A stretch of 63,177 bases of DNA, taken from NCBI GenBank assembly GCA_041920275.1, contig JAYRSE010000008.1:1-63177 (forward strand), given 5' to 3'. Origin of the DNA: Minisyncoccota bacterium. GTDB taxonomy: Bacteria; Patescibacteriota; Minisyncoccia; Phycocordibacterales; UBA12088. A program made the translations under genes and the position numbers. The notes under the pieces were generated by a model that saw nothing but the letters and a program-made list of their open reading frames with translations, was not told the origin of the DNA and made no database searches. This document shows, one piece after another, positions 1-8,521 of the stretch (its first letter is position 1; every line of letters begins with the position of its first letter).

Positions 1-354
1 TACACCTCCCGTCGCATGACGGGCGGGAGTTTGGTATTCTTATGCATGAATTGCGTTGGTTAATTGGTTGGTAATGCATACACCGATTGTACCAACGCAA
101 TTCGCCGTTACGGAGTGGGGACAACGCGTTATTTATTTACAAATATAGAATTGGCAAACGAGGGAATAAATGAAGAGAAACTTCATTTATTCAAAAAAGT
201 CGGTTCGAACTTTTTAATTAAGGATCGAACCGTCTTTTTTGAGCCACGCGGAGCGTGGCGAACCCTTTCAGATCCAGGATTTTTTGGGGGGAATACATTT
301 GTGTCGGCACTTCGTGCCGATCCCGATTCGGCTTCAAAATGCGATTTCGATTTC

Positions 355-444
355 TGGCGGAGGGGAAGAGATTCGAACTCTTGGTCCCGTTTCCGAGACT
401 CCTGTTTTCAAGACAGGTGCGATAGACCACTCTGCCACCCCTCC
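355..444 (-). tRNA. tRNA-Ser (anticodon TGA), class II with long variable arm, CCA encoded
   Basis: The reverse complement folds as a cloverleaf. Acceptor GGAGGGG/CCCCTCC; anticodon stem CCTGT/ACAGG with loop CTTGAAA; variable-arm hairpin; T-arm AAGAG-TTCGAAT-CTCTT; 3' G-CCA. Confidence 0.85.
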
Positions 445-502
445 GTACCACACTAGATATACCACATTTGCGAAAATGTGTCGCGGTGAAAAGTAGTCAG
501 AT

Positions 503-733
503 TCATGTAGTACCACCCTCGCGCGTGTCTCGTTGTTTGGCGATCAAGAAAATATAAATAATGTCGAGTATTCCCATGGTGTTCACGATACTGAGTGGAA
601 TGAACCACCATACTTCCTTGCGGCGTGCGGCGAGCCAGAGCGCCCACATTTTCCAGGGTATGCTCCACAAGGTGAGTGCAAGCAGTGTGTAGAGGTCCAT
701 TCCCAGCAGGGCTTCTTTGAAGGCGGCTTCCAT
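503..733 (-). CDS. small two-helix membrane protein (resembles DUF5652-type small membrane proteins)
   Basis: 76-aa ORF with two hydrophobic helices joined by WKMWALWLAARRKEVWWF, followed by NTMGILDIIYIFLI. It is divergent from ruvX. The family assignment is from memory only. Confidence 0.55.
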   Translation of the reverse strand: MEAAFKEALLGMDLYTLLALTLWSIPWKMWALWLAARRKEVWWFIPLSIVNTMGILDIIYIFLIAKQRDTREGGTT

Positions 734-779
734 ACCGATAATGCTACCATTAAAGGGCGAACGATGCTATGCTCACTGC

Positions 780-1193
780 ATGGCACGGGTTATGGGCATC
801 GACTACGGTTCTCGGCGCGTGGGTGTCGCACTTTCGGACGATGCGCAGGTCATGGCGTTTCCCGAGGGGATACTGTCGAACGACGATGCCTTGATGGCGT
901 CACTTGCGAAACGTATAGGAGATGAGGGTGTGCAGCTCGTGGTGGTGGGTGAAGCCGATAATCCCGTGGGTGGTACGAACACCATTCAACGACGTGTCAT
1001 GATCTTTGCGGAAGCGTTGCGTATAGCGACCGGCTGTGAGGTGGTCTTGGTCTCGGAGGCGTACACGAGCGCTGAGGCGCGCCGTGCTATCAGGGAGCGT
1101 GCTTCGGAAAAGGCGACCCGCGAAATGCCGGTCGACGCGGCCGCGGCCGCCATAATCTTACAGATGTATCTGGACAGTAAAAAACACGCTTGA
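780..1193 (+). CDS. ruvX: YqgF/RuvX-type putative Holliday junction resolvase / pre-16S rRNA nuclease
   Basis: The product starts MARVMGIDYGSRRVGVALSD, which matches the family N-terminus, and later has VVVGEADNPVGGTN and SEAYTSAEA. I moved the start from ORF-track 717 to the ATG at 780. Confidence 0.85.
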   Translation: MARVMGIDYGSRRVGVALSDDAQVMAFPEGILSNDDALMASLAKRIGDEGVQLVVVGEADNPVGGTNTIQRRVMIFAEALRIATGCEVVLVSEAYTSAEARRAIRERASEKATREMPVDAAAAAIILQMYLDSKKHA

Positions 1194-1222
1194 AGGCATT
1201 ATCCACTTCAACCAAACAAACC

Positions 1223-1555
1223 ATGATCTCAGTGCAGGATTTCTCAAAGATCGACATGCGGATCGGGCACATACTCGCGGTCGAGCGGGTGCCCGAAACC
1301 GACAAGCTCCTGCGACTCACGGTCGATTTCGGGGAAGAGCGACACCGCACGGTCGTGTCGGGAATCGCGGGGTATTTCGAGGACCCGACGATATTGGTGG
1401 GGAAACGCTGCCCGTTTGTCACCAACCTTGAGCCGCGCACCATACGCGGGCTCACCAGTGAAGCGATGATCGTGGCGGTACATACGGAGGCGGGTGCTTT
1501 TTCGATACTTGAGCCCACTATGGCGGAGATGCCGGCAGGTACGCGTTTGAACTGA
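1223..1555 (+). CDS. tRNA-binding domain protein (CsaA/Trbp111/EMAP-like OB fold)
   Basis: MISVQDFSKIDMRIGHILAVERVPETDKLLRLTVDFGEE..RTVVSGIA is the typical tRNA-binding-domain pattern. I prefer the ATG at 1223 over the TTG at 1190. Confidence 0.8.
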   Translation: MISVQDFSKIDMRIGHILAVERVPETDKLLRLTVDFGEERHRTVVSGIAGYFEDPTILVGKRCPFVTNLEPRTIRGLTSEAMIVAVHTEAGAFSILEPTMAEMPAGTRLN

Positions 1556-1619
1556 GTGTGGTGGTGTCGACTGTCGATGTGTGTCAGTATCATAATCGGC
1601 GATCCATATTTCCTTTACC

Positions 1620-2201
1620 ATGAGAAAGTGTTGGGAATGGTTTCAAGCGCGTGCGACAAGCAAACATGCTGAAGCGTGGCTTGCGGTCATGTCTTTTTCG
1701 GAATCCTCTTTTTTTCTCATCCCTCCCGACGTGCTCTTGATCGCGATCCTTTCGGCCCAAGCGGGACGGTGGGTCTATTACGCAGTTCTCACCACTGTTT
1801 CGTCCGTTGCCGGTGCCGTTTTTGGATATGCGCTCGGATATTACGTCTTCGAACCCCTCGTACAGCCGCTTATCGAGCTGTACGGGCTTGCCACTGAGTT
1901 CGCACACGTCGGCGCGCTCTATGAAGAGAGTACGTTCATTTCAGTGTTCACCGCCGCGTTCACGCCGATACCTTTCAAGGTGTTCGTGCTCGCGGGTGGT
2001 TTTTTCAAGGTCCCGCTCATTCCCTTCGTGCTCGCAAGTATCATGGGGAGGGGGATGCGCTTTTTCATCGTGGCGTGGCTTTCGCATCGGTACGGGCCGC
2101 GCGGAGCCGAGTTCGCGCTTCGTTACATGGATCGGATACTTATTGGCATGGTGGTGCTTGGTATTGTGCTGTTCATCGCTCATCGCATGGGGCTTGTGTG
2201 A
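1620..2201 (+). CDS. DedA/YqaA-family (SNARE-associated) membrane protein
   Basis: 193 aa and polytopic. Motifs SESSFFLIPPDVLLIA and FTPIPFKVFVLAGG are typical of YqaA/DedA proteins. Confidence 0.8.
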   Translation: MRKCWEWFQARATSKHAEAWLAVMSFSESSFFLIPPDVLLIAILSAQAGRWVYYAVLTTVSSVAGAVFGYALGYYVFEPLVQPLIELYGLATEFAHVGALYEESTFISVFTAAFTPIPFKVFVLAGGFFKVPLIPFVLASIMGRGMRFFIVAWLSHRYGPRGAEFALRYMDRILIGMVVLGIVLFIAHRMGLV

Positions 2202-2437
2202 TAGCCGAACGACGTACACACTCGAATCAGTGCCATCGACGTCGGCCCTCTTTTTCAAATGGCGCGAGTCCCCTGTTGCAGTCTTTTGCGATCGATGCGT
2301 AGAGTTTGCATCGCTATCCACCGACATATTACACTCGACACCGTCACTCTTGGTATACTGTCTTCATGGTACCCGGTTCACATTACAACACCCCTTCGCC
2401 CGTCTTCCGGGCGTTCCCTCCTCCCGAATACCTCACC

Positions 2438-3469
2438 ATGCCGGCGGTCGGTTTGGATATTTCCGATTATGCCGTAAAGCACGTCTTCATCAGGCGGTAC
2501 GGGAGACACTTTCATCTCGATTCCGTCGGGAAGCTCGATCTGCCGCTTGGTGTGGTGGAGGATGGGATCATTAAAGACCCCGATACTCTGGTGAGGGTAT
2601 TGGAGCGCATTCGCGAGGAGCATGGCTACACGCACACACACCTTTCTCTGCCGGAAGCGCACGCATACCTTTTTCAGTTCGAGGTACCCCATGGCGCGGA
2701 GGCGGAACTGCGCCAGCTGATCGAATTCAGTCTCAAGGAGCACGTACCCATCGATGCGCAGGATGCGGTCTTTGATTTTTCGATCATGGAGGAACGAGAG
2801 CGGTCCCGATCCGTGAATGTGTCCGTGTACCCGAGCGCCATTTCGCAAGTGTACGTCGATGCCGTGCGAGCGGCCGGTTTCAACATCCTTTCCGTTGAAA
2901 TAGAAGGTCAAGCGACGGCGCGCGCATTGCTGCCACCTACGGGAACAGAGCCGACCATCATCATCGACCTCGGAAGGAGTCAAGCGGGATTTTCGATCTC
3001 AGCCAACGGTTCGGTGATATTTACGGCAAATTTGGAGATAGGAGGAGATCGCTTTACTCGCGCGGTCGCGCGAGGGTTGGATGTCTCGTTCCAAGAAGCG
3101 GAAAGAATGAAGCGTGAGCATGGGTTTCGAGATACTCGGGCGAACAGCGCGGTCCATCAGATGTTGCGAGGCGTGGTTGACGAGCTGTGTGAGGCGATCC
3201 GTCGACATCTGATGTACTGGCAATTACACGCGACCGATGATTCCACCAAGGAGATACGGAGTGTCGTGTTGGTCGGGGGAAACGCGAACATGCCGGGCCT
3301 CTCGGAGTACATGTCCGTGGTGCTGGACGTGAAGGTTACCGTGGGAAATGTCTGGACCAACATATTTTCTTTCAACGAATATCTGCCTGAGATGCACCGT
3401 ACCGAGTCATTGGAGTTTGCAACAGCGACCGGTCTTGCCATGCGCAGTTTGCTCCGCAGTAGTGTATGA
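2438..3469 (+). CDS. pilM: type IV pilus assembly protein PilM (actin-like ATPase fold)
   Basis: MPAVGLDISDYAVKHV..., an internal IIIDLGRSQAGFSI and VVLVGGNANMPGLSEY match the PilM/FtsA-like fold. I moved the start to the ATG at 2438. Confidence 0.8.
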   Translation: MPAVGLDISDYAVKHVFIRRYGRHFHLDSVGKLDLPLGVVEDGIIKDPDTLVRVLERIREEHGYTHTHLSLPEAHAYLFQFEVPHGAEAELRQLIEFSLKEHVPIDAQDAVFDFSIMEERERSRSVNVSVYPSAISQVYVDAVRAAGFNILSVEIEGQATARALLPPTGTEPTIIIDLGRSQAGFSISANGSVIFTANLEIGGDRFTRAVARGLDVSFQEAERMKREHGFRDTRANSAVHQMLRGVVDELCEAIRRHLMYWQLHATDDSTKEIRSVVLVGGNANMPGLSEYMSVVLDVKVTVGNVWTNIFSFNEYLPEMHRTESLEFATATGLAMRSLLRSSV

Positions 3470-4023
3470 GTGAGAACAACTTGCACAACCTTCTTGGACA
3501 ACACGACCGTCGCACACTTGCGGTTGCATACTATACCCGTGTCGCCGGAGTCGCGGGCATCTTGTTCGGGGGTGTTGCCGTAATCGGATTGGTCATGCTT
3601 TTCCCCGCATATCTCTCACTTACGCACGAAATATCGACTACACACAATGAGCTGGCGTCGTTCGCGGAAAGCGATCGTTCCTACCGAGATGATCTGGCAA
3701 CGATAAAGGGATCCCGGCTGCTTACGGAACGGGTATCGACCTACTTGGCGCGAGACCGAGGCACATTCTATCTCGATCGCGTACTCGCGGCGGACACCGG
3801 AGCGATCACCATTGATTCGTACTCTTTCGATCGACGCGCTCGCACCATGGTGGTAGGTGGAGTGGCCGCCACACGGGGAGATCTCGTTTCATTTTCAGAC
3901 CTGCTCGCTGCGGATAGTGTTTTCGAGCACGCTCGCGTACCCGTTGAGAACTTTGAAAATCGTGTCGACCTACCCTTCACGATGACGCTCACCATTGCGT
4001 CTTCGTCGACAAAAGAGCTATGA
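3466..4023 (+). CDS. PilN-like bitopic pilus assembly protein
   Basis: ATGA overlap with the pilM stop. It has a single N-terminal TM (AGILFGGVAVIGLVMLFPAYL) plus an ectodomain of about 130 aa. The call rests on position and topology only. Confidence 0.5.
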   Translation: MSENNLHNLLGQHDRRTLAVAYYTRVAGVAGILFGGVAVIGLVMLFPAYLSLTHEISTTHNELASFAESDRSYRDDLATIKGSRLLTERVSTYLARDRGTFYLDRVLAADTGAITIDSYSFDRRARTMVVGGVAATRGDLVSFSDLLAADSVFEHARVPVENFENRVDLPFTMTLTIASSSTKEL

Positions 4024-4550
4024 AGCATGTGACTCATGAACAAAAGATCTTGGTGATAAGTGCCGTATGGTGCCTTGCCGCGTGTGGCGCGTATGCATAC
4101 GCATTCGTCCATCTGGGCACCATGCGTTCAATGTTGCATGAGGAGCGTGAGACGGTCGTGGCTAGGCGTGTCGAAATGCAATCTCACGCGCGAACAAAAG
4201 AAGTGGCGCAAGAGGTCGGCATGTTGCGCGAAAAGCTTTTCGAGTACATAACGCCCGGCGACCTACCCACCGGCTTCATTTCAGAATGGGAAACCATTCT
4301 GTTGTCGCTCGGAATAACTTTCGATACTGCGATTGCTCATCGAGATGATCAGGACACATCAGGTACCATGCGGGTGCTCGATGTGGTACTCAGTGTCCGG
4401 GGTTCGGAAGAGATGATACGCGCCGGTCTCCGTGCGCTCGAAGACCTTTCCTATGTCTCTTCGGTGGAAGGATTTTCCCTGAATCGTGTCGAGGTCGAAG
4501 AGGGAGATGTGTGGGAAGGGACGATACGAATACAAGCAATGACCAGATAG
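4020..4550 (+). CDS. PilO-like bitopic pilus assembly protein
   Basis: ATGA overlap with the previous gene. It has an N-terminal TM (ILVISAVWCLAACGAYAYAF), a coiled segment and a C-terminal domain. The call rests on position and topology only. Confidence 0.45.
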   Translation: MKHVTHEQKILVISAVWCLAACGAYAYAFVHLGTMRSMLHEERETVVARRVEMQSHARTKEVAQEVGMLREKLFEYITPGDLPTGFISEWETILLSLGITFDTAIAHRDDQDTSGTMRVLDVVLSVRGSEEMIRAGLRALEDLSYVSSVEGFSLNRVEVEEGDVWEGTIRIQAMTR

Positions 4551-4574
4551 TGCCGTTATTTGACTTTCATCACC

Positions 4575-4967
4575 ATGAAATTGCCTGATCTGAAATCACT
4601 GCGCGCCGCGTTTCGAAAGCGAAGTCGTGCGGGAGCTTCGCCTGTGCGTGATTGGGGCATCCTGCTCGGAAGCACGGTCGCTCTTTTCTTCGGTTGTGTC
4701 GTGCTTGGTTCGGTGGCGTATTTCGAAGGAACGATCCCGATGGAAGATCAGTCGATTCGAAATACCACAGCAGACATTCCGGACAAGGCAGAAATATCGG
4801 CCTTGATCGAAGTCTTGCATACCAGGCGCGCGCGGGTGGAAGAGCGTGCGAACAGTGCGGCCTCGATCATGTCGCGAAACTCGGAAACAAATGCAGTCGA
4901 AGAACCCGTATCTTTCATGAGTGGGTCCGCCACCTCCTCCACTTCTTCACCGGTGGTCATCGAATGA
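4575..4967 (+). CDS. bitopic membrane protein, last gene of the pil-like module
   Basis: 130-aa ORF with a basic N-terminus, a TM (WGILLGSTVALFFGCVVLGSVAYF) and a Ser-rich tail. No family was recognised. Confidence 0.4.
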   Translation: MKLPDLKSLRAAFRKRSRAGASPVRDWGILLGSTVALFFGCVVLGSVAYFEGTIPMEDQSIRNTTADIPDKAEISALIEVLHTRRARVEERANSAASIMSRNSETNAVEEPVSFMSGSATSSTSSPVVIE

Positions 4968-5086
4968 TCGCGTGTGATGGCATTGTCGTATCGACTGCCG
5001 AACCGCTCCCGGTGAGCATATGTTCGAACCCTCACCCGTTCCGTGGGTATAGAGCGTCGTTCATTTTTCTGATACAGTACCGGTAC

Positions 5087-5161
5087 GCCCCCGTAGCTCA
5101 ATGGATAGAGCCGCGGACTTCTAAGCCGTTGATGTAGGTTCGATTCCTACCGGGGGCACCA
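5087..5161 (+). tRNA. tRNA-Arg (anticodon TCT), CCA encoded
   Basis: Acceptor GCCCCCG/CGGGGGC; D-arm GCTC-AATGGATA-GAGC; anticodon loop CTTCTAA; T-arm GTAGG-TTCGATT-CCTAC; 3' A-CCA. Confidence 0.85.
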
Positions 5162-5230
5162 TGATATGTACTCCCTAAAGTGGACACACGTTAGGGGGTA
5201 CATTGTTTTCTTTTGTTAACATTAAAGTTA

Positions 5231-5605
5231 TTAACAAAAGAGCCGCCCAACCAACTCTTTCAAAGAGTGGTGGACGGCTTGTTGGGAGCTGTGGCGTTTA
5301 TGTTCGAATTCGTTGAAGACGTAGGCACCAACGTCACCAGAACCTTCGTGCTCGACGAACCAGACGTCTCCGCCATGACCGGGAACCCAGTTCTTGACGA
5401 TGCCGATGATGCCAACTGCACGAACATTCAGGTGCTTCGGGACAATCATCATGCCGGTTGTTTCGCCAAGTTCAGTGATTTTCACACGCAGACCAGGTTT
5501 CACTTCACTGCAGTCCTTTTTTGCCTCCAGACTCGAATGGGTTTTAAGGATAACCTGAGTTGGCTGAACAATACAACAAAAAAGTATAGTGTCTAGGAGA
5601 GCCAT
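5231..5605 (-). CDS. hypothetical protein (orphan)
   Basis: 124-aa ORF in an AT-richer patch. The beta-rich-looking segment GMMIVPKHLNVRAVGIIGIVKNWVPGHGGDVWFVEHEGSGDV reads like real protein. An equally long antisense ORF (5213..5596 +) makes the strand choice uncertain. Confidence 0.4.
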   Translation of the reverse strand: MALLDTILFCCIVQPTQVILKTHSSLEAKKDCSEVKPGLRVKITELGETTGMMIVPKHLNVRAVGIIGIVKNWVPGHGGDVWFVEHEGSGDVGAYVFNEFEHKRHSSQQAVHHSLKELVGRLFC

Positions 5606-5703
5606 AGTATTTCTCTCGACACAGGAGGCAAGTTGTGTTAAATTGGCGTGAAATCTAGTCGCGATGGCCAGATTAACACCTTCCAGAGAGAAAGGAGAAA
5701 GAG

Positions 5704-5991
5704 ATGAACCGGCAGGAGAAGAGCAAGCGTGTGGAATGGGAGTATTGCGAGTGTGGATGCCACGGATACGAGCTTCGCCTCGGCCCTGTGTACTACTGGA
5801 TGTTCAACGATCTTGGTCGTGGTGGAAGCTCCAAACAATTCCACCTGAACACCGGACACAGTGGCCTTGGCAGTCACCTTGGCAGTTTCTCGTCGTTCGA
5901 GGAGGCGGATCGGGAGGCCCGTACTCACGCCAAGCCCATCCTCAAGAATTGGCGTGAGGAGCTCGATCGTGCGGAAGCCTCCGTTCGCTGA
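5704..5991 (+). CDS. hypothetical protein (orphan, Cys/His-containing N-terminus)
   Basis: 95-aa ORF preceded by a strong Shine-Dalgarno sequence (AAAGGAGAAAGAG then ATG). It contains WEYCECGCHGYEL. No family was recognised. Confidence 0.55.
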   Translation: MNRQEKSKRVEWEYCECGCHGYELRLGPVYYWMFNDLGRGGSSKQFHLNTGHSGLGSHLGSFSSFEEADREARTHAKPILKNWREELDRAEASVR

Positions 5992-6422
5992 GGACAATAC
6001 ACCGGCCGATGCACAACGAGTACACGAGCCCCTTGCGGACTAACAATCCGCCTGGGGCTCTCACTTTTCTACACTTGAAATTATTATCATAATTTTTTTT
6101 ATATTTAATTCACTCAGGGTATACGCCTTGCATAAACTCGGATTTATTCGCCGTCAAAAACTTGAAATTTTCAGTGTGCAGGCTCGCTGCCCGCATTATT
6201 GACAGGTGTTTCACCGTGCTTTAGGCGCGGTGGGTTCGCACTAATTCAAGTTTCCTGCATAGTCTAGAGAGACCTCAATGCCTCATTAACATCGATATGT
6301 CTAGTAAATCCCGAAGCGACAACAAAACCACTCAAATGAGTGGTTTTTCAGATTCAACCGTCACTCGCAATTTTTCGTTGATCTGGTTCAATATGAATGA
6401 ATCGCGAGGCATCCAGTGATCG

Positions 6423-6623
6423 TTACGTATCCTCCTCACTCGCAAGAAGGATGGACCGTACCACCTCATGAAGTTCTGTGGAGTCAGGCAGATCGTTGTG
6501 TCCCTTCCTTCGTACGGACACGAAACGTTTGTCGGGCGTTCCAAGACGTTCGAACAGGCGCATGCCGGACTTTTGAGAAATGATGCGGTCGTTGTCTCCG
6601 TGAATGATCGTGACGGGGTGCAG
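6423..6623 (-). pseudogene. C-terminal remnant of an alpha/beta-fold hydrolase
   Basis: The minus-strand frame reads LHPVTIIHGDNDRIISQKSGMRLFERLGTPDKRFVSVRRKGHNDLPDSTELHEVVRSILLASEEDT*. This is the typical C-terminal (acid residue ... GH) end of alpha/beta hydrolases. An in-frame TGA lies immediately upstream and there is no N-terminal nucleophile part. Confidence 0.5.
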
Positions 6624-6721
6624 TCAGAACAGTGTGTGGAGATGATTGGAACACTCACATTGCATACTGCGAAATGTGAAAGAATCATGGGGTGAGTACA
6701 ACGAGAGGGAGGTGCGATATT

Positions 6722-6761
6722 AAAATACCAGTATTAGTACCGGTACTAATACTGGTATTTT
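6722..6761. repeat. perfect 40-bp AT-rich palindrome
   Basis: AAAATACCAGTATTAGTACC|GGTACTAATACTGGTATTTT. The two halves are exact reverse complements. It lies about 130 bp upstream of the CDS at 6892. Confidence 0.95.
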
Positions 6762-6891
6762 GACAGGATGCGTGTCGATCTATCGCTCGGCATCTTGTAC
6801 GGATCAACATGCCGGTATCGGATCTTTGTGACAGTGAATCTTTGAGGATGTGCGCACGTGCGCCCCTTGCGAAGGGTGCTATACTGTACGC

Positions 6892-7317
6892 ATGAAGGGC
6901 ACACGGACGGCTTTCATACTGGGGGCAAGTGTGGCGGGTGCGCTTTTTGCCGGGTACATGAGCGCAGTGAAGTTGTTTTCCGGCGCGTGTGCGTTCAATG
7001 AGGCATGCCCTCTGTTTCTGGGGCACCCCTCGTGCTACTTCGGATTTCTGCTCTTTCTTGTACTCGCGTTCGTTTCGTTTGCGCATCGGTACTATGTGCG
7101 CTGTGCATCGTATGCATTACCGACCGTACGCGCGGTTTCGTTCTTCGGCGTTCTGTTTGCCGGCTATTTCACTTTGGGTGAGCTGCCGCTCCTGTTTGCG
7201 CAAGGACTTTCCGCCTACGTGCTCGGTCTGCCGACCTGTGCACTCGGGTTCATTTTCTTCCTGTTAATATTTGCAGCATCTATGTTTCCAATGCGCATCC
7301 GGTTGCAGGTCCGGTGA
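6892..7317 (+). CDS. four-TM cysteine-bearing membrane protein (VKOR/DsbB-like topology, unassigned)
   Basis: 141 aa with four hydrophobic helices. The first loop carries C-x5-C (GACAFNEAC), with further Cys in SCYFG and LPTCALG, but there is no CxxC. TATACT lies 6 nt upstream of the ATG. Confidence 0.6.
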   Translation: MKGTRTAFILGASVAGALFAGYMSAVKLFSGACAFNEACPLFLGHPSCYFGFLLFLVLAFVSFAHRYYVRCASYALPTVRAVSFFGVLFAGYFTLGELPLLFAQGLSAYVLGLPTCALGFIFFLLIFAASMFPMRIRLQVR

Positions 7318-7341
7318 GTACCTGTGGTAAAAGCAAAGAAC

Positions 7342-7361
7342 AAGGCGCCCTCAGGCGCCTT
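7342..7361. terminator. GC hairpin between convergent genes
   Basis: AAGGCGCC-CTCA-GGCGCCTT forms an 8-bp stem. It overlaps the stop of the minus-strand ORF at 7351 and follows the plus-strand stop at 7317. Confidence 0.45.
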
Positions 7362-7554
7362 TGATCATCAGGCAAACATCATATTCCTTGCCGTCGACCT
7401 CGATGGTACCGAGCAGTGCGTACGGGGACCGGTCGTACTCGCCTTTTTTGCATGCGCAGAAGCCACCTTGGGATAATTCCACACACACTTTTTCGGGAGA
7501 AGATCGCACAGCATCCTCCGCGTAGCGTCTCAAGGTGTTTGATATTCGTATCAT
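7351..7554 (-). CDS. small hypothetical protein (67 aa, 4 Cys), downstream of the kinase gene
   Basis: The ORF is co-directional with the kinase-like gene and 61 bp downstream of it. It contains CVELSQGGFCACKKGE ... DVC. No family was recognised. Confidence 0.45.
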   Translation of the reverse strand: MIRISNTLRRYAEDAVRSSPEKVCVELSQGGFCACKKGEYDRSPYALLGTIEVDGKEYDVCLMIKGA

Positions 7555-7615
7555 GAAAGTTCTCTAATGATCTACGGCTCGTGTTGATAGTACAGTGTTT
7601 AACGCGACGGTGCAA

Positions 7616-8506
7616 TCAACTGTGTTGTATCTGTGCGATCGCATTACGGAGTGCATTTTTATGCAAACCGATCTGTTGCACGTCATTCAGATATTTTCCG
7701 ACGGTGTTTCCTTGTGCGTCAACCATGACGTACGGATCTTCGTCATCGAGTATGTCACTTACCGCTCGGCCGAAGTCTATCACGTAGGCGTGTCCCGAAT
7801 CGGTGTCGATCATGATGTTGTCCGCATGCAAGTCTCGGTGGTGTACTCGGTACCGTGTGTGGAGTGCATGGATATACGCCTCAAGATCCGCAAAGAATGT
7901 GTCGATATCGAACCCTTCCGGCAGAAGTGAGGGAAGCGCGATCGCGCGCTTGAGACTTATCGCTCGTAACTCCTCGAGTACTAGAACAGAAGTATTTCCC
8001 TCTGAAAATACGAACAATGTCTTCGGGCAGCGCACCTTGTTGACGACAAGTGAACTTGCGAGGTCGGTGATCCGCTCCTCCTCGAACACGTCGTTGTGGT
8101 TCGTGTATTCTTTTCCCGTATTGAAAATGTATTTGTAGCAGGTGCCGAGGTATTGAGTGCTCGTGTGAACACGCCCCGTACCGCCGGTGCCGATGATATT
8201 GTCGGATCGCTCGATGATGGAGCGGGCTATCGTGAGCGCCTCCTCGCTCATTTGTTCCCGTTGTGCGTGCTCTGTGAGTTCGGATGCGGGGTGGTGCCGT
8301 GTGTGACCGAGCGCATTTTTTCGACCGTTGATCAGTGCCTCGAGTCGTGAAAGCGCATCTTTCGGTTTTGCGTGTTCGTTCCAAATATCGCTCTCCCACC
8401 GCGTTCGCAATTCGGTTGGAACGGTCTCAAGTAATGCATCGATCTTGTCTTCGATGTCTGCTTCGTTGATCGGGATATCGTTTGGAAACTCCGGCGAGAA
8501 TGGCAT
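7616..8506 (-). CDS. atypical protein kinase-like protein (ePK/RIO/Kdo-kinase-like fold)
   Basis: Gly-rich loop IIGTGGTGRVH, catalytic loop HRDLHADNIMID and a DFG motif (YVIDFGRA). I set the start at the ATG at 8506, because the ORF-track TTG at 8542 lies inside a repeat. Confidence 0.75.
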   Translation of the reverse strand: MPFSPEFPNDIPINEADIEDKIDALLETVPTELRTRWESDIWNEHAKPKDALSRLEALINGRKNALGHTRHHPASELTEHAQREQMSEEALTIARSIIERSDNIIGTGGTGRVHTSTQYLGTCYKYIFNTGKEYTNHNDVFEEERITDLASSLVVNKVRCPKTLFVFSEGNTSVLVLEELRAISLKRAIALPSLLPEGFDIDTFFADLEAYIHALHTRYRVHHRDLHADNIMIDTDSGHAYVIDFGRAVSDILDDEDPYVMVDAQGNTVGKYLNDVQQIGLHKNALRNAIAQIQHS

Positions 8507-8521
8507 ACGAGGTGGATGTAA

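Noticed and set aside
64-456. 130-aa plus-strand ORF at the window start, and T-loop-like GGTTCGA motifs at 197-240.
   Set aside because: The ORF crosses tRNA-Ser. The GGTTCGA-containing segments pair with each other as a terminator-like hairpin flanked by A/T runs. No cloverleaf can be drawn, so I make no extra tRNA or ncRNA call.
5213-5596. 127-aa plus-strand ORF mirroring 5231..5605.
   Set aside because: The two are mutually exclusive. The minus frame reads more like a folded beta-rich protein. The choice remains low confidence rather than a firm rejection.
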